Shown here: piece by piece, positions 25,341-36,922 of the stretch
How positions within the stretch are numbered: position 1 is the first letter of the stretch
Layout of the letters: each line of letters starts with the position of its first letter
Assembly (NCBI GenBank): GCA_963752475.1
Contig: CAVVYR010000007.1
Span: forward strand, 320,001-384,000
Origin: an uncultured Chloroflexia bacterium
Lineage (GTDB): Bacteria; Chloroflexota; Limnocylindria; Limnocylindrales; CSP1-4
Length of the DNA: 64,000 nucleotides
Direction: 5' to 3'
Notes under the pieces: generated by a model
Databases searched by the model: none
Told to the model about the DNA's origin: nothing
What the model saw: only the letters and a program-made list of their open reading frames with translations
Translations under genes and position numbers: made by a program

Positions 25341-27299
25341 ATGAGTCATCGGACTCGCACCGGGATCGCCTTTGGTGCGGCCGCGGCCCTGACAGCCACT
25401 GCGCTGCTCTCCGGCCCCGTCGCCGCCCAGGACGAGACCGCGCTCGTCTACGCCATCGACGGTGAGATCAGCGCGCTGAACAATGGCGCTGACGACGTCC
25501 CCACCGACGAGGCGAACACCTGGCTGCACAACGGCCTGTACACGCTCGATGAGAGCCTGACGCCCGTCCCCGACATCGCCGCCGATCTCGCTGAGATCAG
25601 CGAGGATGGCCTGACCTGGACCATCAAGCTCCGCGAGGATGTCTACTTCCAGCCGACCGGCGAGCAGGTCACCGCTGAGGACGTCGTCTTCACGTACGAG
25701 CTCGCCAACAGCGACAACTGCACGTTCAACCCGGACAGCTGTCTGGCCTTCGTGACCGTCACCCCCGAGGGTGCCGAGGAGCCCATGAAGGTGCTGCAGA
25801 GCGCCACCGCGCTCGACGACTTCACCGTCGAGTTCGTGCTGGCCGACAAGTACGCACCCTTCACCACCGTCTCGCTGCCGGGCCTGGCCATCGACAGCAA
25901 GACCGCCACCGAGGCTGCCTTCGCCGACTTCCAGGAGGGCCTGGGTGCGGTCACCGCGGCTGACGTGGACGGCCTTCTCGCCGCCACCGATTCCGAGACC
26001 TTCATCGCCGACGCCGAGGCACTGCTGAGCTCCGCCGAGTTCGCGATCCCCGACCAGGCCCTGCACCAGAGCGAGGATGGCTCCCTCAACGAGGAGAGCT
26101 ACGCCACCGCGCTGCAGACCGAGCTGACCAGCCTGAGCACGATCCTCAACGCCAGCGAGATCGACCAGATCGCCGCGGCCTACAAGCTCATCGATACGGC
26201 CCGCATGCCCGTCGGCACCGGCCCGTTCTACGTCACCGAGTTCCGCCCCGGCCAGGACATCACGGCCCAGCGCAACCCGACCTACCACTGGGGCCCCAGC
26301 GCTTTCGAGACGCTGTACATGCCCATCATCAAGGACGACGTCGCTGCGTCCGCCGCTCTCGCCGGTGGCGACATCGACTGGAAGTACAGCCTGACCGCCG
26401 ACGGCTACGAGCAGCTGAGGGACAACGCCGGCGTCAAGTTCGCCCTCTACCCCGACTTCGGCTACTTCAACCTGCAGTTCAACCTGCGTGAAGGCAACAT
26501 GTTCGCCGACAAGAACGTGCGCCAGGCGCTGGCCCACTGCATCGACAAGGAAGCCACCGTCGAGGCCGCGACCGACGGCCAGGGCGTGCCCATCTACGCC
26601 GACATCCCGCCCGCGAGCTGGGCCTACAACCCCGACGTCAAGCGCTACGAGCTCGACGTCGACAAGGCCATCTCCCTTCTCGAGGAGGCCGGCTGGACCG
26701 AGGTCGCTGACGACGGCGTTCGCATGAACGTGGACGGCGATCGCCTCGAGACCCACATCCTCCTGCGCGCCGGCAAGCCCGACCGCAGCAAGTTCATGCA
26801 GCTCACCGCCAGCCAGGCCAAGGAGTGTGGCTTCAACCTGACCCTCGAAGAGGCCGACTTCGGTACGGTCCTCCTGCCGGGTCTCGAGTGGCCGCTCGTC
26901 ATGGCCGGCCAGGACGAGCAGTGGCAGGCCTACTTCGGCGGCTGGGGCACCAGCTACGATCCCGATCCCTACAGCCTGTATCACAGCAACAACATCGTGA
27001 CCGAGGATCTGCCTGACGCCTACAACTACATCGGCTTCAGCAACGAGCGTGCCGATGAGCTGATCGAGGCTGGCCTGGCCGAGCTCGATCAGGCCAAGCG
27101 TGCCGAGATCTACCAGGAGTTCGAGGCCATCATGGCTGAGGAGCTCCCGGCCCTGTGGGCCTGGTCCGACGAGGCCCGCGAGGGCCTGACCGCCACCGTG
27201 ACCGGCGACGTCGAGTGGGACGAGTCCGTCATGAGCACCCCGACCTGGTTCTGGGAGCTCGAGAAGATCTCCAAGGGCGGCGCGACCGTCCAGGACTAG
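25341..27299 (+). CDS. Peptide ABC transporter substrate-binding protein (DppA/OppA family)
   Basis: GAGGAGG RBS; signal peptide ending VAA-Q; SEDGLTWTIKLRE, PVGTGPF and VRQALAHCID motifs. Confidence 0.92.
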   Translation: MSHRTRTGIAFGAAAALTATALLSGPVAAQDETALVYAIDGEISALNNGADDVPTDEANTWLHNGLYTLDESLTPVPDIAADLAEISEDGLTWTIKLREDVYFQPTGEQVTAEDVVFTYELANSDNCTFNPDSCLAFVTVTPEGAEEPMKVLQSATALDDFTVEFVLADKYAPFTTVSLPGLAIDSKTATEAAFADFQEGLGAVTAADVDGLLAATDSETFIADAEALLSSAEFAIPDQALHQSEDGSLNEESYATALQTELTSLSTILNASEIDQIAAAYKLIDTARMPVGTGPFYVTEFRPGQDITAQRNPTYHWGPSAFETLYMPIIKDDVAASAALAGGDIDWKYSLTADGYEQLRDNAGVKFALYPDFGYFNLQFNLREGNMFADKNVRQALAHCIDKEATVEAATDGQGVPIYADIPPASWAYNPDVKRYELDVDKAISLLEEAGWTEVADDGVRMNVDGDRLETHILLRAGKPDRSKFMQLTASQAKECGFNLTLEEADFGTVLLPGLEWPLVMAGQDEQWQAYFGGWGTSYDPDPYSLYHSNNIVTEDLPDAYNYIGFSNERADELIEAGLAELDQAKRAEIYQEFEAIMAEELPALWAWSDEAREGLTATVTGDVEWDESVMSTPTWFWELEKISKGGATVQD

Positions 27300-27323
27300 C
27301 TTCGACCGTACCTAGTGCATCGA

Positions 27324-27377
27324 ACGTGGCCTAGGCCACGTCAGGGGGCCGCTCCGCGCCAGACGCCGGGCGGCCCC
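27324..27377. other. Intercistronic stem-loops after the substrate-binding gene
   Basis: Perfect palindrome acgtggcctaggccacgt, then a gggggccgc...gcggccccc hairpin. Confidence 0.6.
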
Positions 27378-27457
27378 CAGAGCACCCCCTCCCGCATCAC
27401 CGGTTCCACGTGCGTGTACCCTCCTTCACCTGTATGCCCCGCCAGGTAGTGCGCTAG

Positions 27458-28477
27458 ATGGCGCAGTACCTGCTTCGCCGGGTCATCCAGGCGATCCCCA
27501 TCCTCATCGGCGTCTCGATGATCGTGTTCCTGATCGTCTATGCCTCCCCGGGTGACCCCACCGACCGCTTCCGCACGCCGCGCGTGCCCCCGGAGCAGAT
27601 CGAGGCGCTCATCCGCCAGTACGGCCTCGACCGCCCGCTGCCCGAGCAGTACCTCTCGTGGGCGTCCACGTTCTTCAGGATCATCGACTTCAACGCCAGC
27701 TTCGACCCGCGGGTGTGGACCATGAACTGGGACGCCTGGGGCTATAGCTTCACCGACGGACGCGAGGTGATGGAGAAGGTCTTCTTGCGCCTGCCCCCGA
27801 CGATCCTGCTCATGGGCACGGCGCTGATCGTCACCATCATCTTCGCCATCCCCATCGGCATCCTCGCTGCCGTTCGCCAGTACAGCTGGACGGACAAGAT
27901 CATCACCACCGCGGCCACGTTCGGCTACGCCATCCCCTCGTTCCTGCTGGGCACGTACATCCTCTATCTCGGAGGCGTGCTCCTCAAGACGTGGACCGAC
28001 GGCGCGCTGGGCTTCCCGACCTTCGGCATGGAGAGCCTTGGCAAACGCGGCGACCCGGTGGACATCGCGATGCACATGATCCTGCCGGTGACCTCGCTGG
28101 CGATCCTGAGCATCGCTGCCTGGAGCCGCTACACGCGTTCGGCGATGCTCGACGTGCTGCACCAGGACTACGTGCGCACGGCCAAGGCCAAGGGCCTGCC
28201 GCGCCGCACGGTCATCTTCAAGCACGCCCTGCGCAACGCGCTCATCCCCATCGTGACCCTGCTGGGCCTGTCGATCCCCACGCTCATCGCGGGTGCGGCC
28301 ATCACCGAGACCATCTTCAGTTGGCCCGGCATCGGTTCGCTGTTCATCGACGCCGTGGGCGCCAAGGACTACCCGGTGATCATGGCCGTGGCCATGCTCT
28401 CGGGCATCGCCGTCATCGTGGGCAACCTCGTTGCCGACGGGCTCTACGGCGTGGTCGATCCGCGCATCAAGTACTAG
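27458..28477 (+). CDS. Peptide ABC permease (DppB/OppB)
   Basis: YLLRRVIQ, DYVRTAKAKG, KHALRNALIP and DPRIKY motifs. Confidence 0.95.
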   Translation: MAQYLLRRVIQAIPILIGVSMIVFLIVYASPGDPTDRFRTPRVPPEQIEALIRQYGLDRPLPEQYLSWASTFFRIIDFNASFDPRVWTMNWDAWGYSFTDGREVMEKVFLRLPPTILLMGTALIVTIIFAIPIGILAAVRQYSWTDKIITTAATFGYAIPSFLLGTYILYLGGVLLKTWTDGALGFPTFGMESLGKRGDPVDIAMHMILPVTSLAILSIAAWSRYTRSAMLDVLHQDYVRTAKAKGLPRRTVIFKHALRNALIPIVTLLGLSIPTLIAGAAITETIFSWPGIGSLFIDAVGAKDYPVIMAVAMLSGIAVIVGNLVADGLYGVVDPRIKY

Positions 28478-28487
28478 GAGTGACGTC

Positions 28488-29441
28488 ATAGCTACGGCAA
28501 AGCCCCAGGAGACCGCGAGCCCCATCGCGGCGACGCCTGCCAGTGGCGGAGGGGCGGACGAGTTCGACGAGATCGACAAGACGCCCGTCCGGACCTACTG
28601 GCAGCTCGTCCGACAGCGTTTCCTGCGCCATCGCCTGGCGGTGCTCTCACTCATCGTCCTGTCCGTCCTCATCGCCTACGGCTTCATCGTGCCCTGGCTC
28701 ACGGGCGACCTCTACAAGACCGCCAGCCTGCAGAACATCTGGGGTGAGCCGTCCTTCCCGGAAGCGCCGCTGGGCTACGACGAGATCGGCCAGAACGTCT
28801 TCGTGCGCCTGGCCAAGGCCACGCAGACGTCGCTGGTCATCGGCTTCGCGGCCGTGCTCATCATCGTGGGCATCGGCAGCTTCGTCGGCTCCATCGCCGG
28901 ATACGTCGGCGGCTGGGTCGACAACGCCCTGATGCGCTTCGTCGACATCGTGCTGACGCTGCCCATCCTCTTCATCATCCTCATGATCGTGGGCTTCTTC
29001 GGCCAGGGCAACCGCGCAGTGGTCATCATCGCCATCGGCATCACGGGCTGGACGCTGGCCGCGAGGTTGATCCGCGGTGAGTTCCTGATGCTGCGAGAGA
29101 TGGACTTCGTCCACGCCGCCAAGGCGCTGGGCGCAGGCCATCGCCGCATCATCGGGCGACACATGCTGCCGCCGGCCATGAGCCCGCTCATCGTGGCCGC
29201 CGCCATCGGCGTGGCCGACGCGGTCGTGGTCGAGGCTGCACTCTCGTTCCTCGGGTTCGGCATCAGCCGGCCGGAGGCCAGCCTGGGCAACATGCTCACC
29301 AATGCGCAGGACTACTTCATCCGCGCGCCCCTGATGGTGGTCTGGCCGGGCCTCATCCTCATCCTCATGGTCCTCTCGGCGAGCTTCCTCGGCGACGGCC
29401 TCCGTGACGCGCTCGACCCGCGCCAGAAGCTCGACGCCTGA
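28488..29441 (+). CDS. Peptide ABC permease (DppC/OppC); start codon appears to be ATA
   Basis: AAKALGA...RHMLP, EAALSFLGFG and GDGLRDALDPR motifs; AGGAG lies 7 nt before ATA 28488. Confidence 0.92.
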   Translation: MATAKPQETASPIAATPASGGGADEFDEIDKTPVRTYWQLVRQRFLRHRLAVLSLIVLSVLIAYGFIVPWLTGDLYKTASLQNIWGEPSFPEAPLGYDEIGQNVFVRLAKATQTSLVIGFAAVLIIVGIGSFVGSIAGYVGGWVDNALMRFVDIVLTLPILFIILMIVGFFGQGNRAVVIIAIGITGWTLAARLIRGEFLMLREMDFVHAAKALGAGHRRIIGRHMLPPAMSPLIVAAAIGVADAVVVEAALSFLGFGISRPEASLGNMLTNAQDYFIRAPLMVVWPGLILILMVLSASFLGDGLRDALDPRQKLDA

Positions 29442-30592
29442 TGACGACCCAGACCGAGTCCCGTACCCCGGACCCGACCAGGACGGCTGTGAGCACGGAG
29501 AACGTCCTCGAGATCAAGGGCCTGCGCACGCACTTCGGCACCATCGACGGGACGGTCAAGGCCGTCGATGGCGTGAGCTTCGAGATCAAGCGCGGGCAGA
29601 CGCTCGGCGTGGTCGGTGAGTCCGGCTGCGGCAAGAGCGTCACGGCCATGTCGGTCATGCGCCTCATCGAGCGACCCGGCCGGATCGTGTCTGGCTCGGT
29701 CACGCTCAGTGGCACGGACCTGCTGGCGCTGAGCGATCGCGAGATGGAGTCCACGCGCGGTGACCGAATGGCCATGATCTTCCAGGAGCCCATGACCTCG
29801 CTGAACCCGGTCTACACCTGCGGCGACCAGATCGCGGAGGCGCTGACACTGCACATGGGCATGGGTCGCGGAGCCGCGCGTGAGCGGGCCATCGAGATGC
29901 TTGCGAGGGTCGGGATCCCTGAGCCGAAGCAGCGGGCCAAACAGTATCCGCACGAGCTCTCCGGTGGCATGCGCCAGCGCGTGATGATCGCGATGGCGCT
30001 GTCGACCGAGCCAGAGCTGCTCATCGCTGATGAGCCCACCACCGCGCTCGACGTCACCATCCAGGCGCAGATCCTGGAGCTGATGAAGGGCCTGCGCGAG
30101 CAGAACGACATGGCCATCATGCTCATCACCCACGACCTTGGCGTCGTGGCCGAGATGGCGGACGAGGTCGTGGTCATGTACGGCGGCAAGGTCGTCGAGC
30201 GTGCTGACGCGATGACCATCTACGAGCGGCCGCACCACCCCTACACCAAGGGCCTCCTGGCCTCGATCCCGAAGCTCGGCGAGCGGCGCAAGCGGCTCGA
30301 TGTCATCAAGGGTGTCGTGCCCAACCCGCTCAACCTGCCCGCCGGCTGCATGTTCAAGCGCCGCTGTGCCGCGGCCATGCCCGTGTGCGACTCGATGCCG
30401 CCGATGCGTCAGCTCGAGGACGGCCACATCTCGCGCTGCTGGTTGGAGCCGGATGGCTCGGTGCCCGCGATCGGTGCCGATGCCGGACCGGCGCAGGCCC
30501 AGCGCGCGGCGGAGGAGATCTCCATCGAGCCCATCGCCCTGCCCGACCCGCGCACCGATGGCGACGAGCCGCGCGAGGAGCTCGGCTCGTGA
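29441..30592 (+). CDS. Peptide ABC ATP-binding protein (DppD/OppD)
   Basis: [20 protein letters not shown] and HPYT motifs. Confidence 0.95.
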   Translation: MTTQTESRTPDPTRTAVSTENVLEIKGLRTHFGTIDGTVKAVDGVSFEIKRGQTLGVVGESGCGKSVTAMSVMRLIERPGRIVSGSVTLSGTDLLALSDREMESTRGDRMAMIFQEPMTSLNPVYTCGDQIAEALTLHMGMGRGAARERAIEMLARVGIPEPKQRAKQYPHELSGGMRQRVMIAMALSTEPELLIADEPTTALDVTIQAQILELMKGLREQNDMAIMLITHDLGVVAEMADEVVVMYGGKVVERADAMTIYERPHHPYTKGLLASIPKLGERRKRLDVIKGVVPNPLNLPAGCMFKRRCAAAMPVCDSMPPMRQLEDGHISRCWLEPDGSVPAIGADAGPAQAQRAAEEISIEPIALPDPRTDGDEPREELGS

Positions 30593-31821
30593 CGGACCAG
30601 CAGGCAAAGGACCGCGCCCCCAGGTCGTCGAACGGCAAGCCCGAGGTACTCCTGAAGGTCGAGGACCTCTACAAGTACTTCCCTGTCAAGGGCGGCCTAC
30701 TGGGCCTCCAGACGGTGGCCCATGTGCATGCCGTCGATGGCGTCTCCTTCGAAGTGCGCCAGGGGGAGACCCTTGGTCTGGTGGGCGAGTCCGGTTGCGG
30801 CAAGACCACGCTGGGCAAGGTCATCCTCCAGCTCCTGGAGGCCACCGAAGGCGACGTCGAGCTCCACGGCAAGAACATCGCCACCATGACCAAGGCGGAG
30901 CGCGCGGAGATCCCCAAGCAGATGCAGGTGGTCTTCCAGGACCCTTACGCCAGCCTCAATCCCCGCATGACCGTGGGCGAGATCGTGGGCGAGGGCCCCA
31001 TGGTCAACGGTCAGTCCGACAAGAAGGAGCGCGAGCAGAACGTTCGGGAGCTGCTGGCCAAGGTCGGCCTCAACCAGAGCCACGCCGGTCGCTACCCTCA
31101 CGAGTTCTCCGGCGGCCAGCGCCAGCGCATCGGCATCGCCCGCGCCCTCGCGCTGAACCCGGACTTCATCGTGCTCGACGAGCCGGTCTCCGCGCTCGAC
31201 GTGTCGATCCAGAGTCAGGTGCTCAACCTCCTCGCGGACCTGCAGGAGGAGTTCGGGCTGACCTACCTCTTCATCGCCCACAACCTCGCGGTCGTACAGC
31301 ACATCAGTGACCGCGTGGGCGTGATGTACCTGGGCAAGCTCGTCGAGCTGGCCGAGGTGGACAGCCTGTATCGGCAGGCGCGCCACCCGTACTCGGTCGC
31401 GCTGCTCTCAGCGGTGCCGGAAGCCGATCCGCGCCGACGCAAGAAGCGCCTGGTGCTCAAGGGCGACGTGCCCAGCCCCGTGGCGCCGCCACCCGGCTGT
31501 CGCTTCAACACACGTTGCTGGCTCAAGGAGCAGCTGGGCGATCCGGAGCGCTGCGAGACGGAGGTCCCGGAGCTGCGTGACATCGGCAGCGGGCACATGA
31601 GCGCCTGTCACTTCGCCGAGGACGTCACGCCCGAGACGGTGGCCAAGGCCGCCGAGGCGCAGCAGCGGGCGCACGATGCCGCGATCGCGGCCGTGGCCAG
31701 CTCGGACCCGGCTGATGGGTCGGACGATGCTGGTGACGCCGGCGCCGGCAGCTCCGGCAAGCGTCGTCTCCCGCTCGGCGCCGGAACCCTGCTCCGCGGC
31801 GGCCGCTCGAAGAAGGACTGA
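30589..31821 (+). CDS. Peptide ABC ATP-binding protein (DppF/OppF)
   Basis: [21 protein letters not shown] and GDVPSP...GCRF motifs; GTGA overlap. Confidence 0.95.
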   Translation: MTDQQAKDRAPRSSNGKPEVLLKVEDLYKYFPVKGGLLGLQTVAHVHAVDGVSFEVRQGETLGLVGESGCGKTTLGKVILQLLEATEGDVELHGKNIATMTKAERAEIPKQMQVVFQDPYASLNPRMTVGEIVGEGPMVNGQSDKKEREQNVRELLAKVGLNQSHAGRYPHEFSGGQRQRIGIARALALNPDFIVLDEPVSALDVSIQSQVLNLLADLQEEFGLTYLFIAHNLAVVQHISDRVGVMYLGKLVELAEVDSLYRQARHPYSVALLSAVPEADPRRRKKRLVLKGDVPSPVAPPPGCRFNTRCWLKEQLGDPERCETEVPELRDIGSGHMSACHFAEDVTPETVAKAAEAQQRAHDAAIAAVASSDPADGSDDAGDAGAGSSGKRRLPLGAGTLLRGGRSKKD

Positions 31822-31897
31822 TTCAGGGAACGACGAAAGTGCCTCAGCCGAGCGGGCCGAGGCGCTTCCTCGTGTCTGACGCGGCGTCGAGGCTAGC

Positions 31898-32368
31898 CTA
31901 GGCCGACATCCGGTCGATGCGCACGGACCACGTGCCGCAGCTGTCGTCGAGCTGCTCGATGGTGTACATCCCTTCCGGCACGTCGTTGATGGTGGCTGAG
32001 GCGAACGATGCGGTCGACGGCCTGGGGTATTCGAAGTCACCGTCGACCTGCTTGATCAGGAGGTCGATGGCCTCGCAGTCGGTCGTGGACCACTGCATGC
32101 GGTAGCGGCCGCTCGCGAGTGCGTAGGTGGCCTCGGGGTCGGCGTCCTGGTCGACCTGCGCCTTGGTCAGGAACTCCGAGACGGCGGCCTCTTCCTCAGA
32201 TGCCTCCTCTTCCTCGGCAGGGGCTTCGGTGGCCTCCTCAACCGTCTCCTCGGTAGCCGGGGCCGTGGTGGCCTCGTCGGCGGGCTCGGGCGTGGCATCG
32301 TCTCCGCCGCAGGCAGCGGCGACGAGACCGATGGCGAGGATCGATGCAGCGGCTGCGGAAAGCCTCAT
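31898..32368 (-). CDS. Acidic lipoprotein of unknown function
   Basis: GGAGG RBS; lipobox VAAAC; Glu/Ala-rich linker followed by a beta-rich domain. Confidence 0.82.
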   Translation of the reverse strand: MRLSAAAASILAIGLVAAACGGDDATPEPADEATTAPATEETVEEATEAPAEEEEASEEEAAVSEFLTKAQVDQDADPEATYALASGRYRMQWSTTDCEAIDLLIKQVDGDFEYPRPSTASFASATINDVPEGMYTIEQLDDSCGTWSVRIDRMSA

Positions 32369-32525
32369 ATCCCCCTCCAGTGCGGATGATCAGTGAGCGG
32401 CAGCCTAGCACCTCTCCGCATGCGACTCAGCGCCCGCGCGGTCGCATCTGAGGTACGGCCGGCTATGGAGCTGGCTCGTCGTCTTCTGGCTCCTGTGTGG
32501 GCGCCACGCTCAGCGACTCGACGAT

Positions 32526-33626
32526 CTAGCTGACGACGACGCCCTCTTCCTTGGTGGCCTTGTCGAGCTCGATGGCGCTCGACTCGCGGAAGTGGCAGGC
32601 CACCAGCTGGTCCTTGCCATCGTTCGGCGTGGGGTCGATGAGCTGCGGCAGTTCGGTCGCGCAGATCTCCGGCTGGCCGAGGTGATCCCGGAGCCAGCAG
32701 CGCGGATGGAAGTTGCAGCCTTCTGGCGGGTTGACCGGGCTGGGCACGTCACCGGTGAGGATGATGCGCTTGCGCTCGAGCGTTGGGTCGGGGAGGGGGA
32801 TCGCGCTCATCAGCGCCATCGTGTACGGATGACGTGGGTCTCGGTATAGCTGCTCGCGGTTGGTCAGCTCGGCCACGCGGCCCAGGTACATCACGGCCAC
32901 GCGATCGCTGATGTGCTCGACCACACCGAGGTTGTGGGCGATGAAGAGGTAGGTCAGCCCGAACTCTTCCTGGAGCGACTTGAGCAGGTTCAGCACCTGC
33001 GCCTGGATCGACACATCGAGCGCGGAGACCGGCTCATCGCAGACGATGATGTCCGGCTCCATCACCAGGGCGCGGGCGATGCCGATGCGCTGGCGCTGGC
33101 CACCGGAGAACTCGTGTGGGTAGCGGTCCGCGTGATACGGCTGCAGGCCCACGAGGTCCATCATGTCGGCGACCTTCTTGCGCCGCTCGGAGGTGGTCCC
33201 GAGGCCGTGGATGCGCAGGCCCTCGCCGATGCTGTCGCCCACGAGCTGGCGGGGATCGAGCGAGGCGAACGGGTCCTGGAACACGATCTGCATGCGCTTG
33301 CGATAGGGCTGCAGGTCCTTGCCCGAGAGGCTCGTGATGTCCACCCCGTCGAAGGTGATCCTGCCGCCAGTGGGGTCGATGAGCCGCAGCACCAGCCGCC
33401 CGATGGTCGTCTTGCCACAGCCCGACTCACCCACGAGACCGAGCGTCTCGCCCCGGCCGATGTCGAGGTCGACGCCGTCCACGGCCCGCACCTCGGCCAC
33501 CGTGCGCTGGAGCACGCCAGCCTTGATGGGAAAGGCCTTCTTCAGCCCTTCGAGGCGGATGAGTGGGTCGTCCAGCCGAGTCGTGACGCCCGGCGTCTCG
33601 GGCGTCGTGGTGGTCGTGTCGGTCAT
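32526..33626 (-). CDS. Peptide ABC ATP-binding protein (DppF)
   Basis: GESGCGKTT and [12 protein letters not shown] motifs. Confidence 0.95.
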   Translation of the reverse strand: MTDTTTTTPETPGVTTRLDDPLIRLEGLKKAFPIKAGVLQRTVAEVRAVDGVDLDIGRGETLGLVGESGCGKTTIGRLVLRLIDPTGGRITFDGVDITSLSGKDLQPYRKRMQIVFQDPFASLDPRQLVGDSIGEGLRIHGLGTTSERRKKVADMMDLVGLQPYHADRYPHEFSGGQRQRIGIARALVMEPDIIVCDEPVSALDVSIQAQVLNLLKSLQEEFGLTYLFIAHNLGVVEHISDRVAVMYLGRVAELTNREQLYRDPRHPYTMALMSAIPLPDPTLERKRIILTGDVPSPVNPPEGCNFHPRCWLRDHLGQPEICATELPQLIDPTPNDGKDQLVACHFRESSAIELDKATKEEGVVVS

Positions 33627-34693
33627 GTGCCCGCCTCCGGCCAGGTGTCAGGGTCCGGTCGTGGTGAGCCGTCCTCGTGGTGGTACAGCCAGCAGCGCAC
33701 CAGGTGATCGCCGCCGGCCGCGAGCAGCTCGGGGTGGGCCCTCTCGGCGAGCACGTTGCCATGCTCCTCGCGGGCCGTGCAACGTGGAGCGAAACGGCAG
33801 CCATCGGGCAGCTCGATGAGGTTCGGCACCGAGCCCGGGATGGTGGCCAGCTCGTCGAGGATCTCGCCGGGCACCGGGACCGCGCCGATGAGGCCGCGGG
33901 TGTAGGGGTGCTTGGGCTCGGCGAAGAGCGTGCGCACATCGGTCTGCTCGACGATCTCGCCGGCGTACATCACCGCGGCCCGGTCGCACATCTCGGCCAC
34001 GACGCCGAGGTCGTGCGTGATGAGGATGATGGCTGTGCCGGTCTCCTTCTGGAGCACGCGCATGAGGTCCAGGATCTGGGCCTGGATGGTCACGTCCAGC
34101 GCGGTCGTGGGCTCGTCCGCGATGAGTAGCTCCGGCTCGCAGGAGAGGGCGATGGCGATCATCACGCGCTGGGCCATGCCGCCCGACATCTCGTGCGGGT
34201 AGGCCTCGTAGCGTCGCTTGGCGTCGGGGATACCGACCATGTCCATCAGCTCGAGGCTGCGAACGCGCGCGGCCTTCTCGTCCATGTCTCGGTGGATCTG
34301 AAGTGATTCCGCGATCTGTGGCCCGACCTTCATCACCGGGTTGAGCGAAGACTGCGGCTGCTGGAAGATCATGGCGATGCGGTCGCCGCGGATCTTGCGC
34401 ATCTCATCGTTCGAGATCTGCAGCAGGTCCTGCCCGCCGAAGAGGACCTCGCCGCCCTCGACCTTGCCAGGCTCGCCCACGAGTCCGAGGATCGTGAGCG
34501 ACGTCACCGACTTGCCGCAGCCCGACTCGCCCACGATGCCCAGGATCTCACCCTTGTTGACGTGGAAGTCGACGCCGGTGACGGCCTTGATGACACCAGC
34601 GCGCGTGTAGAAGGACGTGCGCAGGCCCTTGACCTCGAGCACATGCTGCTGGGTCTCGTCGCTAGTGACGGGAGTGATCACGGTATCGGTCAC
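33623..34693 (-). CDS. Peptide ABC ATP-binding protein (DppD)
   Basis: GESGCGKS and [12 protein letters not shown] motifs. Confidence 0.95.
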   Translation of the reverse strand: MTDTVITPVTSDETQQHVLEVKGLRTSFYTRAGVIKAVTGVDFHVNKGEILGIVGESGCGKSVTSLTILGLVGEPGKVEGGEVLFGGQDLLQISNDEMRKIRGDRIAMIFQQPQSSLNPVMKVGPQIAESLQIHRDMDEKAARVRSLELMDMVGIPDAKRRYEAYPHEMSGGMAQRVMIAIALSCEPELLIADEPTTALDVTIQAQILDLMRVLQKETGTAIILITHDLGVVAEMCDRAAVMYAGEIVEQTDVRTLFAEPKHPYTRGLIGAVPVPGEILDELATIPGSVPNLIELPDGCRFAPRCTAREEHGNVLAERAHPELLAAGGDHLVRCWLYHHEDGSPRPDPDTWPEAGT

Positions 34694-35709
34694 CTGTTGA
34701 GCCTCGGGTCGAGGGCGTCACGGATGCCGTCGCCGAGCAGGTTGAAGCCCAGCACCAGCACGGTCAGCATGAAGGCTGGCGACAGCACCAGCAGCGGACG
34801 CGAGAAGATCGAGTTGAAGTCGCGTCCGATCATCGCGCCCCACTCTGGCCAGGGTTCGCTCAGGCCGAGGCCGAGGAACGACAGAGCGGCCACCTCCAGC
34901 ACGGCCGTGGCGATGCCCAGCGAGCCGGCCACGATGAGAGGCGTCAGCGAGTTCGGAAGGATGCGCCGGCGCAGGATGCCGGCGCCCGACTCACCCAAGG
35001 CGCGCGAGGCCGTGACGTAGTCACTCTCACGGGTGGTGAGCACAGCCGACCGGGTCAGGCGCGCGTACAACGGGATGGACACGATGACGACAGCGGCGAC
35101 CGGCCATAGCAGGTTCCACACCCCCGGCAGCGAGAGGTCGAGGGAACGCAGTCCGGTCACGATGGCGATGGCCAGGACGAGTGCCGGGAAGGAGAGGACG
35201 ATATCCATGATGCGCATGAGGCCCATGTCCGGCCAGCCACCCGCGTAGCCAGCGATGGCCCCGATGATGGCCCCGATGAGGATGGCGATGCCGACCACGG
35301 CAGGCCCGATGGGCAGCGAGATGCGAGCTCCGTAGACGACGCGGCTGAAGATGTCACGGCTGTTGCCGTCGGTGCCGAGGTACGTCTGCGGCTGGTCTTC
35401 CGGGCATCCCCACGCCCCCAGGACGGGCAGCTCGTAGAAGGCATGGATGCAGGGCTCGGCTCGTCGCCCTGGCTCGCCGGGCCCGTTGAGGTTGTCGAAC
35501 GCGCCATACGGAGCGATGAAGTCGGCGAAGATGGCCGTGAAGGCCAGCACGCCGAGGAGGATGAGACCCACCACTGCGCTTCGTTGCGCGAGGATGTTGC
35601 GGAGCGTCTCCTTGATGCGTGCGCCGCGCGCAGAGCCGGAGGTCTGCGCGCTCTTGCCCGCGACGACATCTGCCTCGCCCTTGCGGTTACCACTCATCTG
35701 CATCTTCAT
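34690..35709 (-). CDS. Peptide ABC permease (DppC)
   Basis: LGTDGNSRDIFSRVVYGARISL and GDGIRDALDPR motifs. Confidence 0.95.
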   Translation of the reverse strand: MKMQMSGNRKGEADVVAGKSAQTSGSARGARIKETLRNILAQRSAVVGLILLGVLAFTAIFADFIAPYGAFDNLNGPGEPGRRAEPCIHAFYELPVLGAWGCPEDQPQTYLGTDGNSRDIFSRVVYGARISLPIGPAVVGIAILIGAIIGAIAGYAGGWPDMGLMRIMDIVLSFPALVLAIAIVTGLRSLDLSLPGVWNLLWPVAAVVIVSIPLYARLTRSAVLTTRESDYVTASRALGESGAGILRRRILPNSLTPLIVAGSLGIATAVLEVAALSFLGLGLSEPWPEWGAMIGRDFNSIFSRPLLVLSPAFMLTVLVLGFNLLGDGIRDALDPRLNR

Positions 35710-35719
35710 CTAGCGCCTC

Positions 35720-36817
35720 TCACTTGAGTCGGATCCGCGGATCGAGGAAGGCATACGAGATGTCCACGATGAGGTTCACCGTCAGGTAGATGAGCGCGAT
35801 GATCAGGGTGAAGGCCTGGACCACGATGTAGTCGCGGCCCACGATGGAGTCGTACATCGTGCGGCCCACGCCGGTCAGGTTGAAGACGGTCTCGGTGAGC
35901 ACCGCTCCCGCGAGCAGCAGGCCCAGCTGCAGGCCGATGATCGTGACCACCGGCAGCATGGCGTTGCGGAACGCATGCTTGCGCAGGACGCTCCGGTCGC
36001 TCACGCCCTTGGCTCGGGCGGTGCGGATGTAGTCGAGGCCGAGGACCTCCAGCAGCGACGAGCGCGTGATGCGCGCGATGATGGCCAGGCTGATCGTGCC
36101 CAGCGCGATGACCGGCAGGATGAGGTGCTTGACCGCGTCGAGCCACTGCTCGAACTGGAACGTCACCAGGAAGCTGAAGGTGTACAGGCCACTGACGAAG
36201 TCCAGCATCGCGCGTGGCAGTCCACCGAGGTTCTCCAGGCCCCAGGCCTCGACGAGCGTGTCGAACTGCAGGCCCGGCGAGAGCCGGCCTGATGGTGGTA
36301 ACCCGATACGCACGCCGAATATGTCCTCGGTCAAGCCCGGCAGCCACACCGCGAAGGCGAACTGCAGCATCAGGGCCAGCACGAAGATGGGGATGGACAC
36401 GCCGAGGATGGCCACGAACATCGTGGTCACGTCGGTCTTGGAGTTTCGGCGAAGCGCTGCCAGCAGGCCCAGCAGCACGCCGCTCACGGAGGCGAAGAGG
36501 AGTGCGTAGACGGCCAGCTCGACGGTCGTGGGCAGGCGCTCGATGAGGATGTCGGTGACAGGACGCCCGTATCGGATGGACTCACCCAGATCGCCCCGGA
36601 GCAGCTGTCCGATGTAGAGGAAGAACTGGACGATGATGGGCTCGTTGAGCCCGAAGCGCTCGTTGAACGCGTCGCAGATCTCCGCGGTCGCGCGCTCACC
36701 CAGGGCCGACAGGCAGGGGTCGCCGGGGAGCAGGCGGGCGATGACGAAGACGATGAAGATGATGCCGAGCAGCGTGGGGATACTCAGCAGCAGCCGCCGG
36801 ATGATGTACTGGGTCAA
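35720..36817 (-). CDS. Peptide ABC permease (DppB)
   Basis: YIIRRLL, DYIRTARAKG and DPRIR motifs. Confidence 0.95.
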   Translation of the reverse strand: MTQYIIRRLLLSIPTLLGIIFIVFVIARLLPGDPCLSALGERATAEICDAFNERFGLNEPIIVQFFLYIGQLLRGDLGESIRYGRPVTDILIERLPTTVELAVYALLFASVSGVLLGLLAALRRNSKTDVTTMFVAILGVSIPIFVLALMLQFAFAVWLPGLTEDIFGVRIGLPPSGRLSPGLQFDTLVEAWGLENLGGLPRAMLDFVSGLYTFSFLVTFQFEQWLDAVKHLILPVIALGTISLAIIARITRSSLLEVLGLDYIRTARAKGVSDRSVLRKHAFRNAMLPVVTIIGLQLGLLLAGAVLTETVFNLTGVGRTMYDSIVGRDYIVVQAFTLIIALIYLTVNLIVDISYAFLDPRIRLK

Positions 36818-36922
36818 GTCGAGCTGCTAGTGCGGATTCGGATGCTGGGCCGGGGGAGATAGTAGATGAAGGGCGCCACCTCCGCGGTGACGCCCCTCAC
36901 CCTTACGCTTCGAGGTCGAGGC

